Shown here one piece after another: positions 1 through 10,675 of a stretch of 64,000 nt of DNA. Every line of letters starts with the position of its first letter. Position 1 is the stretch's first letter. The notes below the pieces were generated by a model. It searched no databases and was not told the DNA's origin. It was given only the letters and a program-made list of their open reading frames with translations. The stretch covers positions 37,200,001 through 37,264,000 of the forward strand of contig OX597820.1 of NCBI GenBank assembly GCA_951406725.2, given 5' to 3'. Both the position numbers and the translations under genes were made by a program. The DNA comes from Octopus vulgaris. Its lineage: Eukaryota.

Positions 1-46
1 CAAAAATATCACCACACTTTGTTACAAGAAAAAAAGATTAAAAGTT

Positions 47-1123
47 ATGGAAAAAAATGCAGAGCCTGAAACTATTGATTTCCTTACTTATACAGAGGAA
101 AATACAGAAGAGAAGTCACTTGATTTATGTGGGGAATTATTAACAAAGAAGGGTTTAATTCGGCATCAGTCAATTCACTCAGTCTCAAAGCTGTATAACT
201 GTGAAGTTTGTGGAAAGACATTTACAAGCAGTACTTTGTTGACTAGCCACAAAGATATCCACAATGGAGAAAAATTATACCAATGTTACATGTGTGATGA
301 AAAGTTTTCAACAAAGGACAATTTGTCGTCTCACACATGTATTCAAACAGCAGAAAGACCTTACTGTTGCGATATCTGTGGTAAAACATTTTGTAGAAGT
401 GGTCAGTTGTCTTCCCATAAATATATTCATTCAAGAGAGAGACCTTACCATTGTGATATCTGTGGTCAAACATTTTCTAGAAGTGGTCATTTGATTAACC
501 ACAAACGCATCCACACAGGCGAAAGGCCATACAACTGTGATATTTGTGATAAAAAATTTTCTAGAATTAGTGAATTATCTTCCCACAAACGTATTCACTT
601 AGGTGAAAGACAATATCGCTGTCATAGCTGTGATAAAATATTTTCTAACAGAACTGATTTGTCTTCTCATAAACATATTCACTCAGGAGGACGAATATAC
701 CACTGTGATATCTGTGATACAACATTCTCTCAAAGTGGAAGTTTATCTCAACATAAGCGTATTCATACAGGAGAGAAGCCATACCAGTGTGATATTTGTA
801 AGAAAAGATTTTCTACTAGCAGTTATTTGTCAACCCACAAACGTACCCACACTGGTGAAAGACCCTACCGTTGTGATATCTGTGGTAAAACATTCACTCA
901 AAGTGGGTGTTTATCTCAACACAAATATATTCATACAGGAGTAAGACCTTACCATTGTGATATTTGTGGTAAAGCATTTTCTACAACTCGTAATTTAACT
1001 CGACACAAATGTATTCATACAAAAGAGAAAGCATACCACTGTGATATCTGTGATGAAACATTTTCGACTAGGGGTCGTTTATCTTCGCACATACGTATTC
1101 ATACAGGAGAAAGACCTTCATAA
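47..1123 (+). CDS. C2H2 zinc-finger protein, paralog 1 (ZNF1; 11 fingers plus a degenerate N-terminal finger)
   Basis: 358-aa ATG ORF with tandem CxxC-x12-HxxxH repeats and TGERP/TGEKP linkers. Short acidic leader; no recognisable KRAB/SCAN/ZAD domain. Confidence 0.95.
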   Translation: MEKNAEPETIDFLTYTEENTEEKSLDLCGELLTKKGLIRHQSIHSVSKLYNCEVCGKTFTSSTLLTSHKDIHNGEKLYQCYMCDEKFSTKDNLSSHTCIQTAERPYCCDICGKTFCRSGQLSSHKYIHSRERPYHCDICGQTFSRSGHLINHKRIHTGERPYNCDICDKKFSRISELSSHKRIHLGERQYRCHSCDKIFSNRTDLSSHKHIHSGGRIYHCDICDTTFSQSGSLSQHKRIHTGEKPYQCDICKKRFSTSSYLSTHKRTHTGERPYRCDICGKTFTQSGCLSQHKYIHTGVRPYHCDICGKAFSTTRNLTRHKCIHTKEKAYHCDICDETFSTRGRLSSHIRIHTGERPS

Positions 1124-1374
1124 CACTGAGATTTCTGTTATAAAGCATTGTCACAAAATAGTAGTTTATTTTGATACAAATATATTTATTGAGGAGAAAG
1201 AAAGACCACACCGTTGTGATATCTGCAGTGAAACATTTTCTGGAAGTGGTAATTTTTACTCAGTATATACACACACACACACGCATAAGAAATAAACAAT
1301 ACTCATATATAAATATATTAATAATAATATGACAACAAAAGAATGAATGAGACCTTGATATTATGTAAATAGAG

Positions 1375-1790
1375 GAATTTATCTATATATATATATAATA
1401 TAGGACAATCAGGAAGTTGTCATAATAATACTCAGTTTCAAATACCGGAGTTAAAAGCTTCTAGGCATTTATCATCAGTTATTAAGACAAGAATGCTATG
1501 AAAAAAAAACATTGAATAAAGGGAAGTTACTCTAATAGGCATGGAAATAACAGTAAAAGATATTAAATATTATATAAATACAACCACATACTCATAAAGA
1601 TAGAACTCTTCGTTCATAAAATCTACATATGTACACATATATGTATGTATATATTTTTTTCATAGCGTTCTTTTCTTAATAACTAATGATAAATGCCTAG
1701 AAGCTTTTAGCTCTGGTATTTGAAACTCTGAGTATTATTATGACAGCTTACTGATTGCCTTATATTATATATATATATATGGTAAATTAT
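1375..1790. repeat. Inverted repeat (arms about 1375-1510 and 1653-1790), Penelope pseudo-LTR-like
   Basis: Arms of about 135 bp are reverse complements; absent from the paralogous 3' regions of ZNF2 and ZNF3. Confidence 0.85.
1423..1484 (-). ncRNA. Minimal type I hammerhead ribozyme motif
   Basis: Minus strand reads TAATAA-CTGATGA-T-AAATGCC-(17 nt)-GGTATTT-GAAAC-TGA-GTA^TTATTA: complete core, 6-bp stem I, 7-bp stem II and minimal stem III. Confidence 0.75.
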
Positions 1791-1934
1791 TTTCTATAAG
1801 TAACAATATATTTTATAATAAATTTATTTCTTTAATGCATCAGTGTCATAATAATGTTTTTATATCCTTTATTTTATACTGGCAGTTTAACTTACACCAC
1901 ATTTCATTATAAACAGTTTGACCTGGTGGATATA

Positions 1935-2600
1935 CAGGGTGGAGCAGAGAGGATAGAAGTATTTGAAAATTTCACAAAATCATTGATTTTAGCTACAAAC
2001 AAATTTTATTGACATCGACGTGTTTGTATTGAATTAGCATTTGTCACAATCAAGTGTGGAAAACAACATCCATCATGTGGTATCCATTTTCATTGATGCA
2101 TTTCTGAAGATATTCTTGAAAGTTGGCCTCCACTCTCTCCAGCATTGTTCTGTTGATTTGGGCTACTTGCACATGAATATCTTCCTTCAAATCCTCCAAT
2201 GTACAGGGCTTATGTACATACACGTGCCTTGAGGTTTCCCCACAAGAAATAATCACACAGAATCGATGGAGCCAAGGAATGTCAGAAAACCTGGAAATGA
2301 GGCGTTCACCAAAGAGAGGGTGAAGAACAGCCATTGATGCTCTGGCTATTTGGGCTATTGCTCCATCCTGTTGAAACTACACACATTGAATAGGCATACG
2401 TTTTCATTGTAATTTAGGCACAAAGAAGTTGTTTATCATCTCAATGTAACATTCGGAGTTCACAGTAGCAGCATTTCCATTATTGTCTTCAAAAAGGTAA
2501 GGACCAGTGACAGCAGCTTCTCCAATAGAACACAAGACCATTACTTTTGGGCTGTGCAGTAGTGTTTTGTGAAGTCCTCTCAGATTTTCAAGAGCACAAT
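1935..2600 (-). mobile_element. Tc1/mariner-superfamily (DD37D/maT-like) transposon relic, 3' part
   Basis: TA-CAGGGTG terminus; transposase fragments LHSPKVMV..GPYLFE..TVNSECYIEMI and VYVHKPCTLEDLK. Confidence 0.75.
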
Positions 2601-2629
2601 AACGATAGGTCTTCATACAAAGTACACCT

Positions 2630-3812
2630 TGTGTACAAACAGCCATGTAAAAGCATGTATACAAACAGCCATGCTACATGGCAGTAAATCATGGGCTGTG
2701 ACTGCTGAGGACATGTGTAAGCTTGCAAGTAATGAAGCCAGTATGCTCTGCTGGATGTGTAATGCCAGTGTGCATACACGACGGAGTGTAAGCACCCTGA
2801 GAGAAAAGTTGGATTTAAGAAGCATCAGATGTGGTGTACAAGAGAGATGACTGCGTTAGTATGGTCATGTCTTGCGAATGAATGGGGACAGCTGTGTGAA
2901 AAAGTGTCACACCCTAGCAGTTGAGGGAACCTGTGGAAGAGGCAGACCCAGGAAAACCTGGGATGAGGTGGTGAAGCACGACCTTTAAACATTGGGCCTT
3001 TTATTGTGCAATGACTAGTGACCGAGATCTTTGGAGATATGCTGTGCCTGAGAAAACCCGACAAGCCAAGTGAGATCATAGCCCATGGCCTATGCCAGTG
3101 AGTGTAACCAGCCCAGTTATGGATACCCCTCATTCATTGGACAATAAACTTTTCTTGTGAAGACCTATTGAGGCAAGTGAAATCAAAATCGCTGACGTGG
3201 CCGATGATAGTACCGCCTGATTGGCACTTGTGCCAGTAGAACGTTAAAAGTACATCCAAACGTGGGGTGTAACCGGCCCACTTATGAGTACCTCTGATTC
3301 ATTGGACAATGAACTTCACTTGCGAAGACCTATTAAAGCAAGTGTAAACAAATCAAAATCGCTGATATGGCGGATGACAGTACTGCCTGATTGGCATTCA
3401 TGCTACTGGAACGTTAAAAGCACATCCGAGTGTGACCGTTGTCAGGGCCACGTGTTGGCTCCCATGCTGGTGACACATGAAAAGCACCATTCAAGCTTGA
3501 TCATTGCCAGCGTCGCCTTACCGGCACATGGAGTGTGGTAGTTGCTAGTGCCGCCAAACTGGCTCCTATGCAGGTAGCATGTAAAAGTCACCTTTTGAGT
3601 GTGATCGTTGCCAGAATTGCCTAACTGGCCCTCATGCTGGTGGAACTTAAAAGCACCCACTACACTCTCAGAGTGGTTGGCGTTAGGAAGGGCATCTAGC
3701 TGTCGAAACTTTGCCAGATCAGATTGAGCCTGGTGCAGCCTTTGGCTCACCAGTCCTCAGGCAAACCATCCAACCCATGCTAGCATGGAAAGCAGACATT
3801 AAACAATGATGA
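2630..3812 (+). mobile_element. RTE-clade LINE 3' fragment with 3' UTR/tail
   Basis: AMLHGS..EASML..LREKLDLRSIRCGVQER C-terminal fragment; tail GGCGTTAGGAAGGGCATC...CCAACCCATGCTAGCATGGAAAG...ATGATG. Confidence 0.85.
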
Positions 3813-4521
3813 ATATGTAGGTCATGTTCAGCAACAGATTTTTTAAGGTTGGTTTTGTGGAGGGTTTAGGTCAATTCTAGATTTTTTTTCACAAAATGTA
3901 TAGTGGTGTACTTGTCTACTTGGCTAGTCAGCAATCCATTGCTGCATTTTGTTCTGATCAAATTGCAGGAAAGATCTCTAGCATAAAAGATGTTCTTTTC
4001 ATCTCAAAGAAAAGCTTAATGTCTGTATACTTAAACATAGTAACATGCTCCCAATTGGCATGTTTTGGTCATACATGCATACCTCTATACACAAAAGTTC
4101 AGTGGACAAAATGCCTTGTGGTACTTAGTAAGGTTTTAATTTTAAATGCTAGCGGTAAATGTTGCTTTTCATTCTCTAGCATGTGCAGGAGAGCTATCTT
4201 ATTTGAAATATGATCTCATTTTTAAGAAACCAATATTTTATATATGTTTTGTTCCATCATCATTTATGCCTGTTTTCCGTACTGCCATGACTTGGATGGT
4301 TTTACAGGATCAAACAAGATGAAGGGCTACATTGAGCTACAAAGTCTGCTATTGCTCTGGCACTAGAGATGTTACCAACTGACAAGACAGAAAAAGGTCT
4401 CCACAACTGATTAAAATTGTAGTAGGGAGGAAGTAGCTTTATACTAGGTGACGAAAGGCTGAAGTATGGCAGGACAGAAACAGGTGTTTTGCTATAGAAG
4501 AGATACATAGTTACTCTACAC

Positions 4522-5045
4522 CAAGCATCACCAAACTACAGCCTGTGAGGTCAGCTCATCTGGCCTGCTGCTGCACTGTACCTTTTATGTAAGTACCTGC
4601 AATGAGAATTCATTTGTCTCTGGTATGGCATCAATGTTTGGAACAACTTATGTCTGCAAACAAACATTTTCAAAAATAAAGTACGTGAAGTGAGCACATT
4701 GAATGAGGATGACTGATGAACACTTGAAAGCAATTCTCTTGATTGGATGCAGCAATTCCAAAGTAAATATTGATGAAATCTTAAAAGCTAAACACCATTT
4801 TCACAAATTTCACAAACCTTTTTTGCTGCTTAGTTTGTGAGATTCCGATATGTGCGCACTGGGTGTGGTATAACTATCTTATTGCTAATGTTGCCTTCTT
4901 TAATGACTTTTTGGTAAATAAAGATGCTGGTTGTTTTTATATTTTTGTGTATTCACTGAATTGTATTGAACAAAACGGTTATGCAACCCACACTCATCAT
5001 TCTCTGTTATCGGGCCCGCTGTGGAAAAAAGTTTGGTGACCCCTG
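4522..5045 (+). mobile_element. Internally deleted hAT (Charlie-like) element
   Basis: TIRs CAAGCATCACCAAACT / AGTTTGGTGACCCCTG; 8-bp TSD CTCTACAC/CTCTACAG; relic dimerisation domain MASMFGTTYVCKQTFS..MTDEHL; absent at the paralogous site near 13355. Confidence 0.85.
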
Positions 5046-6004
5046 CTCTACAGTATATCAGACAGTGGGAGTAGCTGAAAATAAAATAAAAATGTGGGTG
5101 TTGAAAAGTCAGCGTATACTCCCAAGGCACAAGAATTGTGGGAGGAGAGTGACAGATGGTTAGAGATAAATGTAGTAAATGATGTGCTATGCATTTTATA
5201 ATTTTTCACACACATTTAAGTATTTAGCAACAGTTATGTAAGTCACGAGAATTTAAAAGTATATACAAAGAAACTTAAATCATTCACGAAGGGAAAATGT
5301 GTACTCAAGTTGTCAAGTATAGTGAAAGAAGAGAAAGAAAGAGGAATATATCTAAATTGAGGGTAAACATAATGCAAAACATTTTTAAATTTTCGTTTTT
5401 GTATCTAGACACAAATTTTTTAAAATTCATCTAACACTTAGGTACAGCATCGTTTAATTTTCTTGCAACACCTTCAAATCACCCTTCAAAGATAAAACAG
5501 AAGTGCTTGGGAAAATTTTGCCATAAGATACCCTAACTAAAAATAAGTTGAGATTGTCATATCAATACGTATCTGGAACTCTAAATGTGGCTACAAATGT
5601 TAACCCTTTAACATCGCTGAGGATATCTCAAAATACAAGACTGGATTTCGTCTTCGGAGTGAGACAGTATTTCCACACTAACACACTAAATTTTTGGAAA
5701 ACTCAGTTCGGTCCCAAAATAATGAACTGCTCCCTCACCTACCACCCAGCCTCCAATCTCATGTCGGCTGCCAAACTTCAGAGCACACGTGCATGCTGTC
5801 TTTTCACAGACTTTTCTATCAAGCCATTCCGATACTTTTTTTTTTATCTCGTCATCCATTTTCTCTACATTAGTATAATTTCATCCAGTCCTTCTTCCTG
5901 AAAAAGCCAACCCACTCGGATCGCGCACCCCTGCCCATATTTTCCCAACAGCTAGGACTTGCCCTTAAAATTGACCGAAATCATTTCCCTCGAAACAAGA
6001 TACC

Positions 6005-6325
6005 TATATTTTATTGTGTCCCGGGAGAGTCATTCTGTTTTAGTACCTTATTACTTAACACATTCACCGGTTCGATTTCCGCTCATTTACTTATTTATTT
6101 TTTCTAAAATTTCGTTGCGTCTTGCAACCGTTTCAAAAGTCGACTATTGAGAAGGCTGCAAGACACAACTAAAATTTTAGAAAAAGAAGCAAGTGAGTGA
6201 AAATCGAAGCGACGAGTGTGTTAAGTAATAAGGCACTAAAAGAGAATAAATCTCCGCAGACACAATAAAATATGCTTCAATACACGAATTCACGTAAAGA
6301 ATACCGCAAACCAAATACAAAAACG
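6005..6325. repeat. Palindromic insertion (about 6005-6272, centre AGTCGACT), Penelope pLTR-like
   Basis: Arms of about 130 bp; flanked by duplicated AAGATAC(C/T)TAT; absent at paralogous promoters (about 16088, about 31520). Confidence 0.8.
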
Positions 6326-6329
6326 AAGA

Positions 6330-6636
6330 TACTTATAAACAACTCTTTATTGATAAGAGGTAGTTTTATTCCCATGCGATCAAGCACACTTCCGGTTTAT
6401 CCTTGACGTCGCTGTATGTACATTTATATTGCAGATATATTATTTCTTTATACATATTTACATTGTATGAGTAATAATTAAGTACCGCTTGTAATTAACT
6501 TAAAAGACTAAGACAATAGAGATATCCTGTATGAAGTAGTTAAAAGTTCTGCCCAATCTATCAACGCCTTCATCAATTTCAAGTCTCACTACTTAATTAC
6601 CTTTCTCATTATCTCATCTCATAACTACATTTTTAT
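6330..6636 (+). promoter_or_regulatory. Putative promoter and non-coding exon 1 of ZNF2
   Basis: ETS-type CACTTCCGGT at 6387-6396, TGACGTC at 6404-6410 and donor AT|GTAAGT at 6637. The block is conserved upstream of ZNF3, ZNF4 and ZNF5. Confidence 0.6.
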
Positions 6637-6949
6637 GTAAGTATCATTTATATATAATTTACACGTTATTTTATTGAAACATCTCTTTTTGTATTTACTT
6701 TTTGTACTTCCTTTACCACTTCTATTCCCTACACGATCCTATTTTTTTTTTTGTCTTCATATTTCATATGTATCTCGTCTTAAAGACCGTAATTAATCTA
6801 AATTTCAGGAAATTTGTAATATTTATTTTAATTCGTTCAACCTCTTTGTTAATCTTTTCTACCTGCCTTCCCTTTTGTTGCCAAGCAAATGAATCAGATT
6901 AAATGTTTGTTTAGTACTTCGGTTAATACATAGTTTAAGACCCAGTGTT

Positions 6950-7550
6950 CTAGGTGTAAAATAAATGTGTAGAAAATGAATATGAAAACAGAAGTTTGCG
7001 CAAATGAAGAGAGGGTAAGTGGGGAGAGGACTTTCGTAAAATTCACAAGATCCGATTTTTCTTTCATAACTTTCAGGAAAATGGATATATATTGATGAAA
7101 TTTTATAGAAATACCGTTCAAATGGCGCAGATTACGATTTTAAAGCAATTTCGGTAAATTTTGGAAAGTACACCAGCACGCGTTTCACTAAGAAAAAAAA
7201 ACCTCCAATTTTTTGCCTGGAATCAAGTACCCTGACCTCCTAATGTGCTGCAAACCCCTTATTGGATCTTTTCAATCTGACGGCTAGATTTTAAGATAAA
7301 TTTTTTAAATTAAACACTTTGAAACTTCGGATACTGGTAGAATGTGTCACATAGAACAGGGTATACTCATAACGTTTTTGACAAAATTTTGTATTTTAGA
7401 AGTTATTTCATGTTAAATTTGTCGTATTTGGGTAATTTTTACCAATCAATGACGTGCATTCAGCTGAAGAAAATTACTGCTGCTGTTTGCGAACAACAAC
7501 GTCTGGGTCCATTAAGAAAACGAATGTTCGACAACAGAAAAATTTAAACT
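6950..7550. mobile_element. MITE fragments in ZNF2 intron 1
   Basis: GGATCTTTTC... and AAACTTCGGATACTGGTAGAATGTG segments shared with 14543-14959, 30255-30789 and 63256-63630; 6950-7100 matches about 30900-31070 in reverse. Confidence 0.6.
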
Positions 7551-7773
7551 GAAAATCTCCCCTAACAAAACCCTTCTTTAATAACCAGAGATGTTTTTAT
7601 AGCAACATAGGTTTGCTGTATCGGGGTTGATTTGAGGCTAAATAACAAAAAGATTATTACTGAGACAGACCAACAACGGGGCCTATATGTTTTAGCTGTT
7701 TCTAGTTACTCCAATAATCTTTATGTTAACACTTCATTGTCCCTAATGTATTATGTTGTCTTTCTTTTTTCAG

Positions 7774-7836
7774 GTTATCTGATGACATTGACAATGCTTA
7801 ACCTTTTAGGACTAAAAATAACTTAATCAAGATGTG
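7774..7836 (+). other. Predicted non-coding exon 2 of ZNF2 (coding exon starts about 8070)
   Basis: CTAAT branch point, pyrimidine tract and CAG|GTTATCTGATGAC acceptor; donor GTTAGC at 7837; next acceptor AACAG|CAAAAATATC at 8069. Confidence 0.55.
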
Positions 7837-8120
7837 GTTAGCTCATTTTGGTAACTCTTGATTTAATGGATGAGAAAAACTTCCTTCCAATTGAGATTAT
7901 GTGCAAAAAATTTTATTCTCTTATTGAAAGATTCTATGTATAGATTAAACTTTGAAGATATGTTTTTGCATTGGAAATATTTTTTTGGAGCAGTTTTAGC
8001 AATCATCTGGTCATTGGTTATTGATTACTAGATTCAATCCTAATAAATCTACTTGAAACTCTTTAACAGCAAAAATATCACCACACTTTGTTAAAGATAT
8101 AAGAAAAAAGATTAAAAGAT

Positions 8121-9197
8121 ATGGAAAAAAATGCAGAGCCTGAAACTATTGATTCCCTTACATATACAGAGGAAAATACAGAAGAGAAATCACATGATTT
8201 ATGTGGGGAATTATTAACAAAAAAGGATTTAATGCGGCATCAGTCAATTCACTCGGTCTCAAAGCTGTATAACTGTGAAGTTTGTGGAAAGACATTTACA
8301 AACAGTACTTTGTTGACTAGCCACAAAGATATCCACAATGGAGAAAAATTATACCAATGTTACATGTGTGATGAAAAGTTTTCAACAAAGGACAATTTGT
8401 CATCTCACACATGTATTCAAACAGCAGAAAGACCATACTGTTGTGATATCTGTGGTAAAACATTTTGTAGAAGTGGTCAGTTGTCTTCCCATAAATATAT
8501 TCATTCAAGGGAGAGACCATACCATTGTGATATCTGTGGTCAGACATTTTCTAGAAGTGGTCATTTGATTAACCACAAACGCATTCACACAGACGAAAGG
8601 CCATACAACTGTGATATTTGTGGTAAAAAATTTTCTAGAATTAGTGAATTATCTTCCCACAAACGTATTCACTTGGGTGAAAGACAATATCGCTGTCATA
8701 TCTGTGATAAAATATTTTCTAAAAGTACTGATTTGTCTTCTCATAAACATATTCACTCAGGAGGACGAATATACCACTGTGATATCTGTGATACAACATT
8801 CTCTCAAGGCGGCAATTTATCTCGACATCAGCGCATTCATACAGGTGAGAAACCATACCAGTGTGATATTTGCAAGAAAAAGTTTTCCTCGAATGATTAT
8901 TTGTCTGCCCACAAACGTACTCACACTGGTGAAAGACCCTACCGTTGTGATATCTGTGGCAAAACATTCACTCAAAGTGGATGTTTATCTCAACACAAGC
9001 ATATTCATACAAGAGAAAGACAGTTCCATTGTGATATTTGTGGTAAAAAGTTTTCTACGGATCATAATTTAAATCGACACAAATGTATTCGTACAGAAGA
9101 GAAAGCATACCACTGTGATATCTGTGATGAAACATTTTCGACTAGGGGTCGTTTATCTTCCCACATACGTATTCATACAGGAGAAAGACCATCATAA
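8121..9197 (+). CDS. C2H2 zinc-finger protein, paralog 2 (ZNF2; 11 fingers)
   Basis: 358-aa ORF colinear with and highly similar to 47..1123. Finger 10 ends HKCIR, so the second His is lost. Confidence 0.95.
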   Translation: MEKNAEPETIDSLTYTEENTEEKSHDLCGELLTKKDLMRHQSIHSVSKLYNCEVCGKTFTNSTLLTSHKDIHNGEKLYQCYMCDEKFSTKDNLSSHTCIQTAERPYCCDICGKTFCRSGQLSSHKYIHSRERPYHCDICGQTFSRSGHLINHKRIHTDERPYNCDICGKKFSRISELSSHKRIHLGERQYRCHICDKIFSKSTDLSSHKHIHSGGRIYHCDICDTTFSQGGNLSRHQRIHTGEKPYQCDICKKKFSSNDYLSAHKRTHTGERPYRCDICGKTFTQSGCLSQHKHIHTRERQFHCDICGKKFSTDHNLNRHKCIRTEEKAYHCDICDETFSTRGRLSSHIRIHTGERPS

Positions 9198-10675
9198 CTT
9201 TGAGATTTCTGTTGTAAAGCATTTTGACACAAATATATTTACTGGGGAGAAAGAGAGACCATACCGTTGTGATATCCTCTGTGAAACATTTTCTGGAAGT
9301 GGTAGCTTTTACTCAGTATTTATATATATATATATATATATATAATAATAATAAATGTATTTCTTTAACACACCACTATCATAACAGTATTTTTATATTC
9401 TTTATTTCATACTGGCAATTTAATTTTGTCTGCATTACATTCATTACATACACTGTTTGACCAGGTGAATATTTCATAGTTATTGTTACTGTTGATAACT
9501 CCTGTTTACCTAGACTTTGATGTTCCAGTCCTCCCTCAACCTGCAAGAACATCCCTACCTGCTTTGTACACCTGCATTTCTACACATATCCTCTTATGTC
9601 GAACATAATAATATTCACTATTAAACTACACATAAATTTATGCTTTATTGATCTTTAGGTTCATTAACTATAGACCATTCCTTCAAATTTAAACTTTGTG
9701 GCAACTCAGTATATCTTTACTATTTACCATCAAAAAATGAACTCTCAGTAACTTGGAGATGTAAGAAGAAATGTGTTACAGTATTATTAAAAAGAAAAAT
9801 AAATAGAAAGAGATGTGACAGACTAAGAAATGTGTAGATAGACAGCATCAATGAAGGGATAGAATTAATTAGTGATGTGTATGTAAGAATGGTATGAGAT
9901 GGGACCAAATGGATTCCTATGATAGTTGACATAATCTGACCACATAACTCACTACAGATATTACTTAATATCAATGTAGTTTTTGAATAACTTTGGAGTT
10001 GGCCATGTCACATTGGTGGCTAATAAAATTGTGAGGAGACCATATCTCTGGTTGTGTGAGACATCTTTTAACCATCCAGTCTATTGGCAAAAATATACAA
10101 CTAAACTGGATGGTAAAAAGTCTAGTGTTAATGTGTTCTTGTGCAGGCAAGATGGCTATATGTTAGGAACTGCAACAGTTGGTCATTGTCATGTCATCTG
10201 TAGATAATTTTATGGGTACATTGTAAGGAGATGTATAGGTAGAATACTAGTGAACAAGATTGAAAGCAAATGACCTACAACACAACATCTACAACTGTTT
10301 ATTTCATTAAATCAGTGGAATATTCAGAATATTTTAGTTCTCTTTGGATAGATTACAAAATATCAAGGAAGAATATAGACAATTATAAGCTAATTCAATA
10401 CATAGTAAGGCATATATCTCACCAGTGTTTTGATATGACAGTTATATTATTGGTTTATATTAGAGGTAGTATAGCATGGAACTGGCATTGGGAGATGAGA
10501 CATATCTAACTTTTTAATAAATGTATTAGAATAACATTGTGTGTTAACTCTATCTAGGTTTGTTATTCATGGAGTTGGTATTGTAATTGTTTCCATTCAA
10601 CAGTTTCTCCAGTTTCATTGTGAACATTCTTGACAAAACATGCTAGTATTATAGAAAATACTTCCGAAGCAAAAA

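Noticed and set aside
264-944. Overlapping alternative-frame and antisense ORFs on every ZNF gene (e.g. MEKNYTNV..., TVVISVVKH repeats)
   Set aside because: Shadow frames of the periodic 84-bp finger repeat; broken at variable positions between paralogs.
10270-10509. 79-aa ORF present twice (also 23498..23737)
   Set aside because: The similarity is explained by the recent segmental duplication; no protein motif, and the differences include amino-acid changes.
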